Shown here one piece after another: positions 1 to 11,434 of a DNA stretch of 64,000 bases. Under the pieces are notes generated by a model. It ran no database searches. It was not told the origin of the DNA and saw only the letters and a program-made list of their open reading frames with translations. Origin of the DNA: Squalus acanthias (taxonomy: Eukaryota); contig CM059433.1 in the NCBI GenBank assembly GCA_030390025.1, forward strand, positions 6,822,001-6,886,000, in the 5' to 3' direction. A program made the translations under genes and the position numbers. The number at the start of each line of letters is the position of its first letter. The first letter of the stretch is position 1.

Positions 1-577
1 CACCTCATTTTAAGCGTGCACCCCGAAGCTGTATCTGATTAACCCTCACACACCGAACTATTTTCTACCACAACTCTCCTCGTTCTCAGCACAGCCCCGC
101 ATTGCTGCCAATAATGAGTCAACAAAACAATACAAATATCTCGTTTTAACCATTCGAGCGTTTAAGCTAAGATTATCATTCTGATTTTAAATATTCCACT
201 CACTACATGTTTTTGGACAAGTGCCCTTTAGTTATCTATTCACTGGCACTGTGCTTTACTGCGCCCTGCTCCAGATCAATATCTGAAACATTAAGGAAAT
301 AGTTATGGATGCTACCATAACAAAATACCTCATAGATGTGGTATCTTCAGAAATAAATGATCATGAAAAGTGCTTCCCACACTGGTTAAAGTGTCTCACA
401 GGGCACTTTACCAGGTTTACATGAGGTGGAGGAGGGGAATGCTGTGATAGGATAGAAATGCCTGGGGTCACTGATCATGTCTGGTACCGCAAATTATCTT
501 TTAATCAGTTTGAATAATAAAGATAAAAGAAAACTATACAGATCAGGCATGTTCCACATTTAATTCTGGTTCCCAAG

Positions 578-1013
578 GAAAGAAAAAAGAAAGACTTGCA
601 TTTATATAGCGCCTTTCATGACCACCGGACGTCTCAAAGCGCTTTACAGCCAATGAAGTACTTTTTGAAGTGGAGTCACTGTTGGAATGTGGGAAACGCA
701 GCAGCCAATTTGCGCACAGCAAGCTCCCACAGACAGCAATGTGATAATGACCAGATAATCTGTTTTTGTTATGTTGGTTGAGGGATAAATATTGACCCCT
801 GGACACCGGGGATAACTCCCCTGTCCTTCTTCGAAATAGTGCCCATGGGATCGTTTACGCCAACCTGAGAGAGCAGACGGGGCCTTGGTTTAACGTCTCA
901 TCCGAAAGACGGCACCTCCGACAGTGCAGCGCTCCCTCAGCACTGCACTTCACTGGAGTGTCAGCCTGGATTTATGTGCTCAAGTCGCTGGAGTGGGACT
1001 TGAACCCACAACC
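578..1013 (-). mobile_element. DeuSINE/SacSINE1-like tRNA-headed SINE, head slightly truncated
   Basis: Reverse complement of the copy at 7448-7918; B-box and (TTTC)n tail present. Confidence 0.85.
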
Positions 1014-1134
1014 TATGGAGTTAAAGTCTATTCCCAACAAGTTCGAAGTCAATCTTTGCGCTGAAAAAAAAATAAAAATTATCCAATAATTTGAATTAAG
1101 CAATGTAAGTAACTCAGCAAAGTGGGAACTTATA

Positions 1135-1919
1135 ACAACAACTTCTTGTACTTATACAGCACCTTTAACATAGAAAAATGTCGCAAAGCGCTTCACAAGA
1201 GGTGGAAGCAGAAAATGGACGGAGAGTCAAAAGGTGGCAATATTTAGGAGTGGTGACCAGAAGCTTCCTCAAAGGGGTGGGTTTTAAGGAGGGTCAAAGG
1301 ACAAGTTGGGGCTGGAGAGTTGGAGGTGTTCAGGGAGCAAATTCCAAAGCTGCCAATGGTGGGGGCGAGGGATGCACAAGAGGCCAGAGGAGTGCAGAGT
1401 TTCGGGGGGACGGGCCGGGGGGGGGGGGGGGGGGGGGGGGGGCGGTTGCAAGGCTGCTGGACATAACAGAGATTAAGAAGTAAGGCTATGCGGGGATTTA
1501 AACAACGGTGAGAATTTTAAATTTGAGGTATTGGGAAACAACGTAGATCAGCAATGACAGGAGTGATGGATGAGCAGGACTTGGTACAGGACAGGATACA
1601 GGCAGCAGAGTTTTGAACACTGAAGTTTACAAAGGGCGGAAGATGGGAGGCTGATCAGGAGAGCGTTGGAACGGTCAAACCTGGAATGGCAAAGGGATGG
1701 ATAAGGATGGGCTGAGGTAGAAGCGGAAGTGGGCAATATTTACTGAGGTGGAAGTAGGCAATCTTGGTGTTGGAGAAGACCTGGGGTTGGAAGCTCAGCT
1801 TGGGGCTGAATACAATTTCAAGGTTGTTAACAGTCTTGTTCGTGCGTAAGACAGTGGCCGGCGAGGGCGATGGAATCAGTGGCAGAGGTCCAGTGTTTGT
1901 GGTGGGGGCTGGAGACAAT
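1135..1919 (-). mobile_element. L2-clade LINE, 3' part (RT C-terminus and tail)
   Basis: Degenerate ...LSF.P...TK.AYFHL and SR.D.SNALL..LP motifs in ORFs 1655-1918 and 1548-1736; (GTT)n-like tail. Confidence 0.8.
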
Positions 1920-2206
1920 GGGCTGGATTTTGATACTGGGGCGGGTTGTGGTCGTGTTATCCACCCGACTGCAATTGGATGTGGGAGATTGATGCAATTT
2001 TCACCTAATTGGGCAATTGAGTTCCAGCATGTGGGAACCCATGAACCAATTAGTGGTTTTCAGTCTGAAAGTTGCCTCTGATGATGTCATCAGTGAAGGC
2101 CAGAGACTGCCTGGCCTTTGCTGTGAGAGGACCTGGATGCGAAATGAGCAGCAGCTCTATATATATCTATCTATCAGAGAGAGAGAGAGAAGAGAGAGGA
2201 GAGGGA

Positions 2207-2244
<38 letters not shown>

Positions 2245-2268
2245 AGAGAGAGAAGAGAGGGAGAGGGA

Positions 2269-2351
<83 letters not shown>

Positions 2352-2794
2352 TCCAGTTCCTCCAGGCCCTCGCACAGCAAAGGCCAGGCAGTCTCTGAAG
2401 ACCTTCAATGCGGCGACTTTCAGACCTAATACTACTACCTTCATCACATCTCCGTGTAATAGTGGACCTGCAGCTGTTAGTCAGCTATCGAAATGTGCTC
2501 CCGGCAGGTTTCACAATCGTGGTTCAGAACAGGCGTGAAGCACGCAGATCAAGGGTTAAAATCACAAAGGCCTTTCAAAATGGCATTATAGAGGCAATTT
2601 AGTGCTTGTTAAGGGCCTTAACAGCCTATCCCGCCTCTTAAAGACGGGACGGAGTCAGGACCAGCAGACACGATTTAATGAAAATTGCGTGGAGGCAGGA
2701 TGGAGGCGGACTTGTGCCCGCCCGCCAGTTTTCGCAATTTTAACCCCCCACATGCCTCCAAACCCGCCTCCACGGGTCAATGAAAATCCAGCCC
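1920..2794. mobile_element. MITE-like non-autonomous DNA element with TIR gggctggatttt...aaaatccagccc and central (GA)n
   Basis: Perfect 12-bp terminal inverted repeat plus internal inverted arms at 2101-2137 and 2361-2397. Confidence 0.75.
2177..2346 (+). repeat. (GA)n microsatellite
   Basis: Visible dinucleotide run. Confidence 0.98.
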
Positions 2795-2796
2795 TA

Positions 2797-5349
2797 CGGC
2801 TCTAAAATTAACTCCCCCCGCCTGGTGGAAACCCGGTAGAGAGGTTAAAATGAGGGCAGCGACTATTTACCCCTCCAACCCCACTGCCTCCCCACCATGT
2901 CCCGATGTTGAAGTGCTCTTTTGAGCAGGTAAGCAGGACACCTACAGGACGACAGTGGGGTCCTTCTTTAAATACGCAGTTGGGACCAATGACATAATCG
3001 GGAGCTGAACTGCGATTTTATCTGGAGGCCCGAGCGGGCAAGCAGTGACTGCTTCCCCATCAGACCAGACCTGCCAGGAGGTGGTTCATAGACCAGAAGA
3101 GGCCCAGACAGACAAGTCTTTATTTTTTAAGGTGTCCTTGTGGACCAGGAGGAGGAGGAGAGGGAGGAGGAGGAGGAGAGGGAGGAGGAGGAGGAGAGGG
3201 AGGGGGAGGAGGAGAGGGAGGAGGAGGAGGAGACGGAGGGGGAGGAGGAGAGGGAGGGGGAGGAGGAGAGGGAGGGGGAGGGGGAGGAGGAGAGGGAGGG
3301 GGAGGGGGAGGAGGAGAGGGAGGGGGAGGGGGAGGAGGAGAGGGAGGGGGAGGGGGAGGAGGAGAGGGAGGGGGAGGGGGAGGAGGAGAGGGAGGGGGAG
3401 GGGGAGGAGGAGAGGGAGGGGGAGGGGGAGGAGGAGAGGGAGGGGGGAGGAGGAGGACCAGGTGGAGGGGGAGGAGGAGGACCAGGAGGAGGAGGAGGAG
3501 GACCAGGAGGAGGAGGAGGAGGACCAGGAGGAGGAGGAGCAGGAGCAGGAAGAGGAGGAGGAGGAGAGGGAGAGGGAGAGGGAGAGGGAGGGAGAGGGAG
3601 AGGGAGAGAGAGGGAGAGGGAGAGGGAGAGGGAGAGGGAGGGAGAGGGAGAGGGAGGGAGAGGGAGAGGGAGGGAGAGGGAGAGGGAGGGAGAGGGAGAG
3701 GGAGGGAGAGGGAGAGGGAGGGAGAGGGAGAGGGAGAGGGAGAGGGAGAGGGAGAGGGAGGGGGAGGGGGAGGGAGAGGGAGGGGGAGGGGGAGAGGGAG
3801 AGGGAGAGGGAGGGGGAGGGGGAGAGGGAGAGGGAGAGGGAGGGGGAGAGGGAGGGGGAGGGAGGGGGAGAGGGAGGGGGAGGGAGGGGGAGGGAGGGGG
3901 AGGGAGAGGGAGGGGGAGGGAGGGGGAGGGAGGGGGAGGGGGAGGGAGGGGGAGGGGGAGGGAGGGGGAGGGGGAGGGGGAGGGAGGGGGAGGGGGAGGG
4001 AGGGGGAGGGGGAGGGAGGGGGAGGGGGAGGGAGGGGGAGGGGGAGGGGGAGGGAGGGGGAGGGAGGGGGAGGGAGGGGGAGGGAGAGGGAAGGGGAGGG
4101 AGGGGGAGGAAGGGGAGGGAGGGGGAGGAAGGGGAGGGAGGGAGGGAGGGGGAGGGAGGGGAGGGAGGGGGGGAGGGAGGGGGAGGGGGAGGGGGGGGAG
4201 GGGGAGGGAGAGGGAGGGGGAGGGAGGGGGAGGGGGAGGGAGAGGGAGGGGGAGGGAGAGGGAGGGGGAGGGAGAGGGAGGGGGAGGGAGAGGGAGGGGG
4301 AGAGAGGGGGAGGGAGGGAGAGGGGGAGGGAGGGAGAGGGGGAGGGAGGGAGAGGGGGAGGGAGGGAGAGGGAGGGGGAGGGAGGGAGAGGGAGGGGGAG
4401 GGAGAGGGAGGGGGAGGGAGAGGGAGGGGGAGGGAGGGAGAGGGAGGGGGAGGGAGGGAGAGGGAGGGGGAGGGAGGGAGAGGGAGGGGGAGGGAGGGAG
4501 AGGGAGGGGGAGGGAGGGAGAGGGAGGGGGAGGGAGGGAGAGGGAGGGAGAGGGAGGGGGAGGGAGGGAGAGGGAGGGGGAGGGAGGGAGAGGGAGGGGG
4601 AGGGAGGGGGAGGGAGGGGGAGGGAGGGGGAGGGAGGGGGAGGGAGAGGGAGGGGGAGGGAGAGGGAGGGAGAGGGAGGGGGAGGGAGGGGGAGGGAGGG
4701 GGAGGGGGGAGGGGGAGGGAGGGGGAGGGAGGGGGAGGGGGAGGGAGGGGGAGAGGGAGGGGGAGGGGGAGGGGGAGGGGGAGGGAGGGAGGGGGAGGGG
4801 GAGGGAGGGGGAGGGGGAGGGGGAGGGGGAGGGAGGGGGAGAGGGAGAGGGAGGGGAGAGGGAGAGGGAGGGGAGAGGGAGAGGGAGAGGGAGAGGGAGG
4901 GGAGAGGGAGGGGGAGGGAGGGAGGGGAGAGGGAGGGGGAGGGGGAGAGGGAGAGGGAGAGGGAGAGGGAGGGGGAGGAGGAGGAAGGAGGAAGGAGGAG
5001 GACCAGGTGGAGGAGCAGGAAGAGGAGGAGGAGGAGTGCTCCTCCAGGCCCTACAAAGAAGCCTTAGGCCTCACTTGCCCTGGGTTGCCCCCCCCCCCCC
5101 CGATCGCATCCAGAGCCGCCCGCTGCCACTTATTTGACTGCCGGGGGACCGATGCCGCGGGTCCCCGGCTGCGGCTTCCTGTTACCGAATTCCCGCTCCC
5201 GCCCGCTGGTCAGGTAGTGGATCTCGCCAGACACCAAGAATATTAATGGAAATGAGGCCCGACCGTTAAGAGCATCCGGACTCCCCGGATACGCCGCCCG
5301 TTTCGGTCCTCGGACGCACCAGACAAGTCGTCCCTTTAAAATCGGGGGC
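2797..5349. mobile_element. Second MITE-like element ending ttttaaaatcgggggc-like, hosting a large purine tract
   Basis: GC-rich non-coding insert; the L2 sequence resumes immediately after 5349. Confidence 0.5.
3147..5036 (+). repeat. ~1.9 kb polypurine low-complexity tract (GGA/GGGAGA/GGGGA units)
   Basis: Almost exclusively G/A on + strand. Confidence 0.98.
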
Positions 5350-5810
5350 AATGGCTTTGGGTTTTCCCAACGTTTAGCCGAAGGGAATTGCAACTTATCC
5401 AAGGCTGGATTTGGGACAAGCAGTCTGATAAGACGGTAGTGGTGGAGGAGTTGAACCAAGCCAGGATAGTCTAACTGAGCTGGACAAAGAAGGGGAATGG
5501 TAGGGCTGACCATGTCAAAGGCTGCGGACAAGCGGAGAAGCACAAGGAAGGATAATGCATCATCATCGCAGTGATAGAGGATGTCATTTATGACTTTGTT
5601 TCGGGCAGTTTTGGTATTGTGTCAGGGGTGGAGACTCAAGGGAAGAGAATCAAACAGGAAGTTGTGGGAAAGATGGGCACGGTTCTGGGAGGAGACAGTA
5701 CATTCAAGGACTTTGGAGAGCAATGGGGGGTTGGAGATGGGGCAGCAGTTTGCAAGGATAGAGGAGCTGAAGGTGTTTTCTGAGGAGGGGTGATGACAAT
5801 GGTTTTGAAA
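5350..5810 (-). mobile_element. L2-clade LINE, RT core fragment (upstream half of the element at 1135-1919)
   Basis: LLxLSAAFDxV motif in ORF 5130-5543; joins colinearly with 1919 across an AAT duplication. Confidence 0.75.
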
Positions 5811-5934
5811 GGCCAGGTGTCTCTGGCCCCACAAAAAAAATCACTTTCCTTTATGGAGTCACTTCCACTTCGCCACTCGGTACGACCAGAGGGGAGCGTA
5901 CACAGCGCACACACCGCCCGTTTGGAACTGAGCT

Positions 5935-6220
5935 GTCACCCATTTACACGCCTGCACTGTCACGGGGATGTAAAAGATCTAAAGGCAATATTTGAACAGC
6001 AGGGGAGTTTTCCTGCCCATTATTTACCCCGCAATTATCACTATACAGATTACCTCGTTGCTGTTGGTGGGAGCTTGCTGTGCGCAAATATTGGCTGCTG
6101 CATTTCCCTACATTACAAACAGTGACTGCACTTCAAAAGCACTTCATTGGCTGTGAAGCGCTTTGTGATGTCCTGAGGTTGTGAAAGGCGCTGGAGAAAT
6201 GCAAGTCTTTCTTTTCTTTT
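5935..6220 (+). mobile_element. DeuSINE-like SINE, 3' half
   Basis: gggagcttgctgtgcgcaaat...aaggcgct...aaatgcaagtctttc shared with other copies. Confidence 0.8.
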
Positions 6221-6485
6221 ACTTTATAGGATCCGTGTCAAACAGACTCAGTGAGTAAGAAATGTTTGAAGGTAAGTTAATGAACTTCTGCAGGGAACCA
6301 TCAAGTGGTTAGTAACCATCAAGTGGGTAGTAACCACCAAACATGTAGTATTCACCAGTGTGAACTTGATGTTATGTAATCTGTTCGACAACAAACCACA
6401 TGTCTCTGCAGCAAATCCTCTGTTTGATGGAGGGACAGGAACAGCTACTTTGGGCTGTTGAGAATGGACATGGTCAGGACACAAT

Positions 6486-6665
6486 GGGGGTAAGCTTCAC
6501 TTACAGCGGGGGCGGAAACGTGGGTCGGCAGCCCATTTATACACCCCAGAACACCCGGCCAGATTTTCCTTTCCATTGACTTCAATGTATATTGACCTCA
6601 GTACAACAGGCGGTCAATCAACTCAGGATAGTTCTTCGCCCCTGTCGAAAGTGAAGATTACCCCC
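6486..6665. mobile_element. 180-bp MITE, TIR gggggtaa(g/t)cttcactt, TSD AAT
   Basis: 17-bp TIR with 1 mismatch; aat at 6483-6485 and 6666-6668. Confidence 0.8.
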
Positions 6666-7034
6666 AATCTCTCCTTGGGCTCCTGTGCTACAGTGACTGC
6701 TCAAGTAATAGTCTTGGGTTACTACCCACTGACAGCTGCATGTGCACAAACATTAGAGTCCTGTGCAAATGAAACACAAATGGCATCTTCAAGTCAATAT
6801 TCTAACAGAGACTTTACATCCTCTTGATTTAAAAAGAGAATTAATATGTTGGATTTTCTGTCAAAACAAAAATGCGCTATATCACCAGTTCAGTTTGTAT
6901 CAGCGTTTTACAGAGATCGGGAAGAAACTTGGACCAATACAGACTGGATTCTGACACCTTCAGAACTGCTCCGAGAAATATGCTCATGAATTTCCTGTCA
7001 GTGTGGCCAGAGATACTCCTCTTAAGGAGGAACT

Positions 7035-7315
7035 GGCACCCTCCCCAGTGGCTCAGGCTCAGGTGACAACACACTGTCTGGTATGGAAGTGAGTTCTAAA
7101 AATGAAAGAGGTTCCAAGTTCGATCCCTGATCTTTGTGGAGTTAACTGATCTGAAGTGGTCTCCGATAGGGATGCTACAATTGGTATACTGCCCCTGGGA
7201 ATGGAGGAAGAAATAAACATCAGCTAGGGTGCCTGATGCCATTCGCTAACCAGTCGCTGGAAAGTGTTTGTGTGGATCTCAGGGAGGACTGGATTGGGTT
7301 CAGCAGTAACGCCTC
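7035..7315 (+). mobile_element. Old SINE-like interspersed repeat (second family; related copy at 55610-56020)
   Basis: B-box-like gttcgatcc; ctacaattgg and gctggaaagt...tgtggat blocks shared with 55610-56020. Confidence 0.5.
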
Positions 7316-7324
7316 AACACAGAA

Positions 7325-8395
7325 TTACCAGGAACTGACAGCACAGAAACAGGCCATTCAGCCCAACTGGACTATGCCGGTGTTTATACTCCACACAAGC
7401 CTCCTCATACTCTAATTATCTCTTCCCATCCTGCCCCCGTATCCCTCAGTGTCAGCTGTGGCTCAGTGGGTAGCACACTCGCCTCTTGAGTCAGAAGGTT
7501 GTGGGTTCAAGTCCCACTCCAGAGACTTGAGCACATAAAGCTAGGCTGACACTCCTGTGCGGTGCTGAGGGAGCGCTGCACTGTCAGAGGTGCCGTCTTT
7601 TGGATGAGACGTTAAACCGAGGCCCTGTCTGTCCTCTCAGGTGGAAGTAAAAGATCCCATGGCACTATTTCGAAGAAGAGCAGGGGAGTTATCCCTGGTG
7701 TCCTGGGGCCAATATTTATCCCTCAACCAACATCACTAAAACAGATTATCTGGTCATTATCAGGTTGCTGTTTGTGGGAGCTTGCTGTGCGCAAATTGGC
7801 TGCACGTTTCCCACATTACAACAGTGACCCCAATTCAAAAATACTTCATTGGCTGTAAAGCCCTTTGAAACGTCCGGTGGTTGTGAAAGGCGCTATAGAA
7901 ATGCAAGTCTTTCTTTCTATTCTCTTCTCCATCATGTATGCCTCAAGCCTCCCCTTAAACGTTTCTAATCTCTCTGTTTCAACCACTCCATGCGGCGGCG
8001 AGTTCCACATTCTCACCACTCTGTGTAAAGAAATTCCTCCTAAATTCTTTGTTTGACCCATTAGTGGTTATGTTTTATTTATGCCCCTTTGTTCTGGACT
8101 CACCCACAGTTTCTCCACATCCGCTCTATCGAACGAACACCTTCATAATTTTGAAGACCACGATCAGATGTACTCTTAGTTTTCTCTTTCCCAGCCTCCA
8201 CAATCTTTCCCGAGAGTTGCATCGTCTCAGTTCTGGTAACATCCTTGTAAATCTTTTCTGCATTTTCCCCCCCCGAGTGCTTCAATATCCTTTCTGTAGT
8301 TTTGAGACCAGAACAGCGCACAGTATTCCATGTGGTCTAACCAAGGTTCTGCATAAATTTAACACTACCTCCTTGTTTTTGTATTCTATTCCTCT
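7325..8395 (-). mobile_element. CR1 LINE 3' fragment interrupted by the SINE at 7448-7918
   Basis: RVVRMWNS.P..VVE motif (ORF 7846-8061) and CR1 3'UTR stem ggccattcagccc. Confidence 0.8.
7448..7918 (+). mobile_element. Full-length DeuSINE/SacSINE1-like SINE
   Basis: Pol III A-box tggctcagtgg (7459-7469), B-box ggttcaagtcc (7504-7514), conserved core, (CTTT)n tail. Confidence 0.9.
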
Positions 8396-9074
8396 ACAAA
8401 CAGTCCCCACCACTTATAAACACCCACAGTTATGGCGAGCAACCGTACCAGACAATTAACGACAATCTTTTTCCATCACCATAGTAATCAATTACAAGGC
8501 GCGGCTTACGAAGTATTAGGCATGCTGGCTATTTCAGGCCATTCAGTAAGTTCTTCACACCTCGCGGTTAGTTTAATTATTTACCCCTCTGTATCTACCG
8601 TTTAAAGTCATAGGTTAAAAGGAATAAATTAACTGTGAAGACAGGTTTCCTCGTCATTTGAAGTTTACTCAATTTGCACAAATCACACTAAAAGAGGTCG
8701 AAGCTGCCAATGCCGCAGGGCAAACGGGCAAAGCTGCCAAAGCTGCCACTGCCACGGGGTGAACAGCGGCTGCTGCCCACCACCATCAGAGTTCTTGAAC
8801 CTGCTGCCCGCCTTTGAAACACGGAAGTTTCGTGTCTCATTTAATAAGGCGGTGAGGCAAATATATTAAAAACAACTCAAGTGTCAGCACTGTTTCTTGT
8901 CATTTATTTGATTCAGCCTCCAGTATGTCATATGCTACTCCCTTTAACACACTTAGATTTACTTTGCAACTTTTAAGGATACACTCTGAATCCTTTGGCG
9001 GGTGTCTGGGGCTATGATGGTTTTATGTCCAATGCTTATAGCAGACAAATAGTGTTCACACCAATGTGCCCGCT

Positions 9075-9235
9075 ATACTCCCTCCCTAACAGCACTGTGG
9101 GAGTACCTTCACCACACGGACTGCAGCAGTTCAAGGCGGCGGCTCACCACCACCTTCTCAAGGTTCAACTAGGGATGGGCAATAAATGCTGGCCTTGCCA
9201 GCGATGCCCAGATCCCAAGAACGAATAAAAAAAGA
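9075..9235 (+). mobile_element. 3' end of a non-LTR retrotransposon of another family (C-terminus ...GLQQFKAAAHHHLLK, A-rich tail)
   Basis: ORF-like C-terminus followed by AATAAA and an A-rich end; clade not assigned. Confidence 0.55.
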
Positions 9236-9360
9236 ATACTTTGTTTGCACTCTTCATGGCCATATCAACTTGTGTTGCTACTTTTAGTGATTTATGTATC
9301 TTTATTTACAGCTCTCTTTGCTCCTCTGCTCCATTTAGTTTCTTGCCTTCCAAAGATTAA

Positions 9361-9527
9361 GTAGTGGAGGCAGACTCAATCTTATCTTTCAAAAGGGAGT
9401 TGGAGAAGTATCTGAAAGAAAAAAATGTGCAGGGCTACGGGGAAAGGGCGGGGGAGTGGGACTAGCCGAGAGTCGGCACAGGCTCGACGGGCCGAATGGC
9501 CTCCTTCCGGGCGGTAACCATTCTATG
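9361..9527 (+). mobile_element. Short CR1 3'-end insertion
   Basis: gggccgaatggcct stem and attctatga tail. Confidence 0.7.
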
Positions 9528-10412
9528 ACCTCCTTATGCCTCCTACCGAAATGAACCATCTCACAGTTCGTTATATTGAATTGCATTTGGCAGTTATCCG
9601 CCCACTCAGGAAGCCTGTTCATGTCTTTAGTATTTTGGTGCCATCTTCCACATTATAAGCTCTATCCCCAATTTGATATCATCTGCAAATTTTGACACTA
9701 GACCTTCAATATCTGAGTCCAAATCATTTATATAGGTATAGCGCACAACTTCCCTTAACTCCTACCCTCTGTTTTCTGTTTTGTTCATGTTTTCATCTTT
9801 CAATTCATTCTGCTACCCCTGACTCCACAAGCCTCGACCTTTGCCACAAGTCTCTTATGTGACACCTTATCAAAGTCCTTCTGAAAGTTCATGTATAGCA
9901 CATCCACCGCAATGTCCTTGTCTACTCTTTCTATTATTTCTTCAAAGAATTCAATAAGGTATGTTAAACATAACCTTCCTTTTAGAAATCCTTTTTTTAA
10001 GTTATATTCTCTGTCTCTAGATGTTTTGTTATCTAATCTTTTAGCAAAGATTCTAGTATCTTTTCTACCACTGACATTAAGCCAACTGGTCTATAGTTCC
10101 CTGGATTAGTTCGCTCTCCCTTTTTGAAGATATGAATTACATTTGCCGTACGCCAGTCCTCTGGCACTATTCCTTTTTCTACTGAATTTTTATATACCGT
10201 AAGGGTGCACGTGCCTCTGCTATCTCCTCCTTAGATTCATTGAGTCTCTCTGGGTGCAATCTATCTGGACCTGTGGTTTTGTCCTTCTTAAGTTTTGCTA
10301 GCTTGTCTAATATCTCCTTTTGTTTTATCATAACTGTTGTAATATCCTTCTTGACTTCTTCTACTGTTATCATCTTCTCTTTGGTAGCCTCTTCAGTGAA
10401 AACTGAGACGAA

Positions 10413-10686
10413 GGGCGTGATCTTGTCAGCCCTGGGGAGGCGGGACTGCCGGGAAAATGGCCGAATTTGGGGGCGGGTGCCAAATTTTTGACAGATGAAA
10501 CGTCATACGCTGACGTTCTTTGTAACCGGCTTTCCCTTAATTGGTCTGCTAAGCCGGCTGGGCAGGCTTAACAAGGTCAATCAAGGGAAAATAGCGTGGG
10601 TTGGCCAGAAGTCGATGGAGGCAGGACTAAAACCCGACAAGTGGGAGTCCCGCCTCCAAAAGCTCCCCATTGGCAAAATCCATCCT
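10413..10686. mobile_element. MITE-like element with imperfect TIRs and 3-bp TSD GAA
   Basis: ggaggcgggact / agtcccgcctcc inverted arms; gaa at 10410-10412 and 10687-10689; interrupts the CR1 cleanly. Confidence 0.7.
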
Positions 10687-11434
10687 GAAGTATCCTTGTC
10701 ATTTCAGTATAATTTCCTGTGAGTTTATTTTGCCTTTAGTGGTCCTATCCCCATCTTAATCCTCCTTTTGGCACCTATGTGCTTATAGAATAGTTTACTG
10801 TTTACTTTCACATGATATTTTCATGTCGTATTTCCTCTTGGCATTCCTAATTGTCTTTTGCACCTCTTTCCTAAGATCATATTCCCTTTTGTCATCCTCC
10901 TTTATTTTTTATGTTCTTCGCGGATGCCTTTAGATTCAATTTTATTTTCTCTTTATTTATCCATGGTGTTGCATTCTTGACTGGTTTATTCTTATTCTAT
11001 AGTGGAATATATTTCCCCTGAACTCTATCTATGTCTCTTAAATATTGCCAACTGTTGGTCTAACTTAGTCAATATTTTCTCCAGTTAGCTCCAACCCCAT
11101 TCCCTCATAGTTGGCTTTATTCCAATCTATAATTTTGGTCTTTGTACTATCTATATATCTCTCAATAATTACCTTAAACCTTATTATATTGCCATCACTA
11201 ATCCCTAGATGTTCTCCCACACTTACTTCTCCGTCTCTTTGGCTCATTTCCCATGACTAGCTCTAGCTGCACTTTGTCTCTTGTTGGGCTTCTTGCATAT
11301 TGGGCCAGAAAGGAGCCCTGTAGACACTGTTAAAAAAAAAACTCCATCGCCATCTCCCCTTTTCACTTCCTCTCCTTGCAACTTTATTTGGGGATAGTTG
11401 AAATCTCCCATGTTTATGATTGTGTTTTTTTATT

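Noticed and set aside
3045..5246. 733-aa and 665-aa G/E/R-rich ORFs
   Set aside because: They arise because a purine-only tract cannot contain stop codons; no splice or domain evidence
5880..5900. CTCF-like motif cgaccagaggggag
   Set aside because: Mismatch at a core position; cannot be supported without a matrix scan or ChIP data
6697..6760. PLTAA peptide reminiscent of GRHL1 exon 2 (NPLTAATKA)
   Set aside because: Wrong strand and no further similarity
7448..7520. tRNA gene
   Set aside because: The A/B boxes belong to a multicopy SINE head that continues into the SINE body
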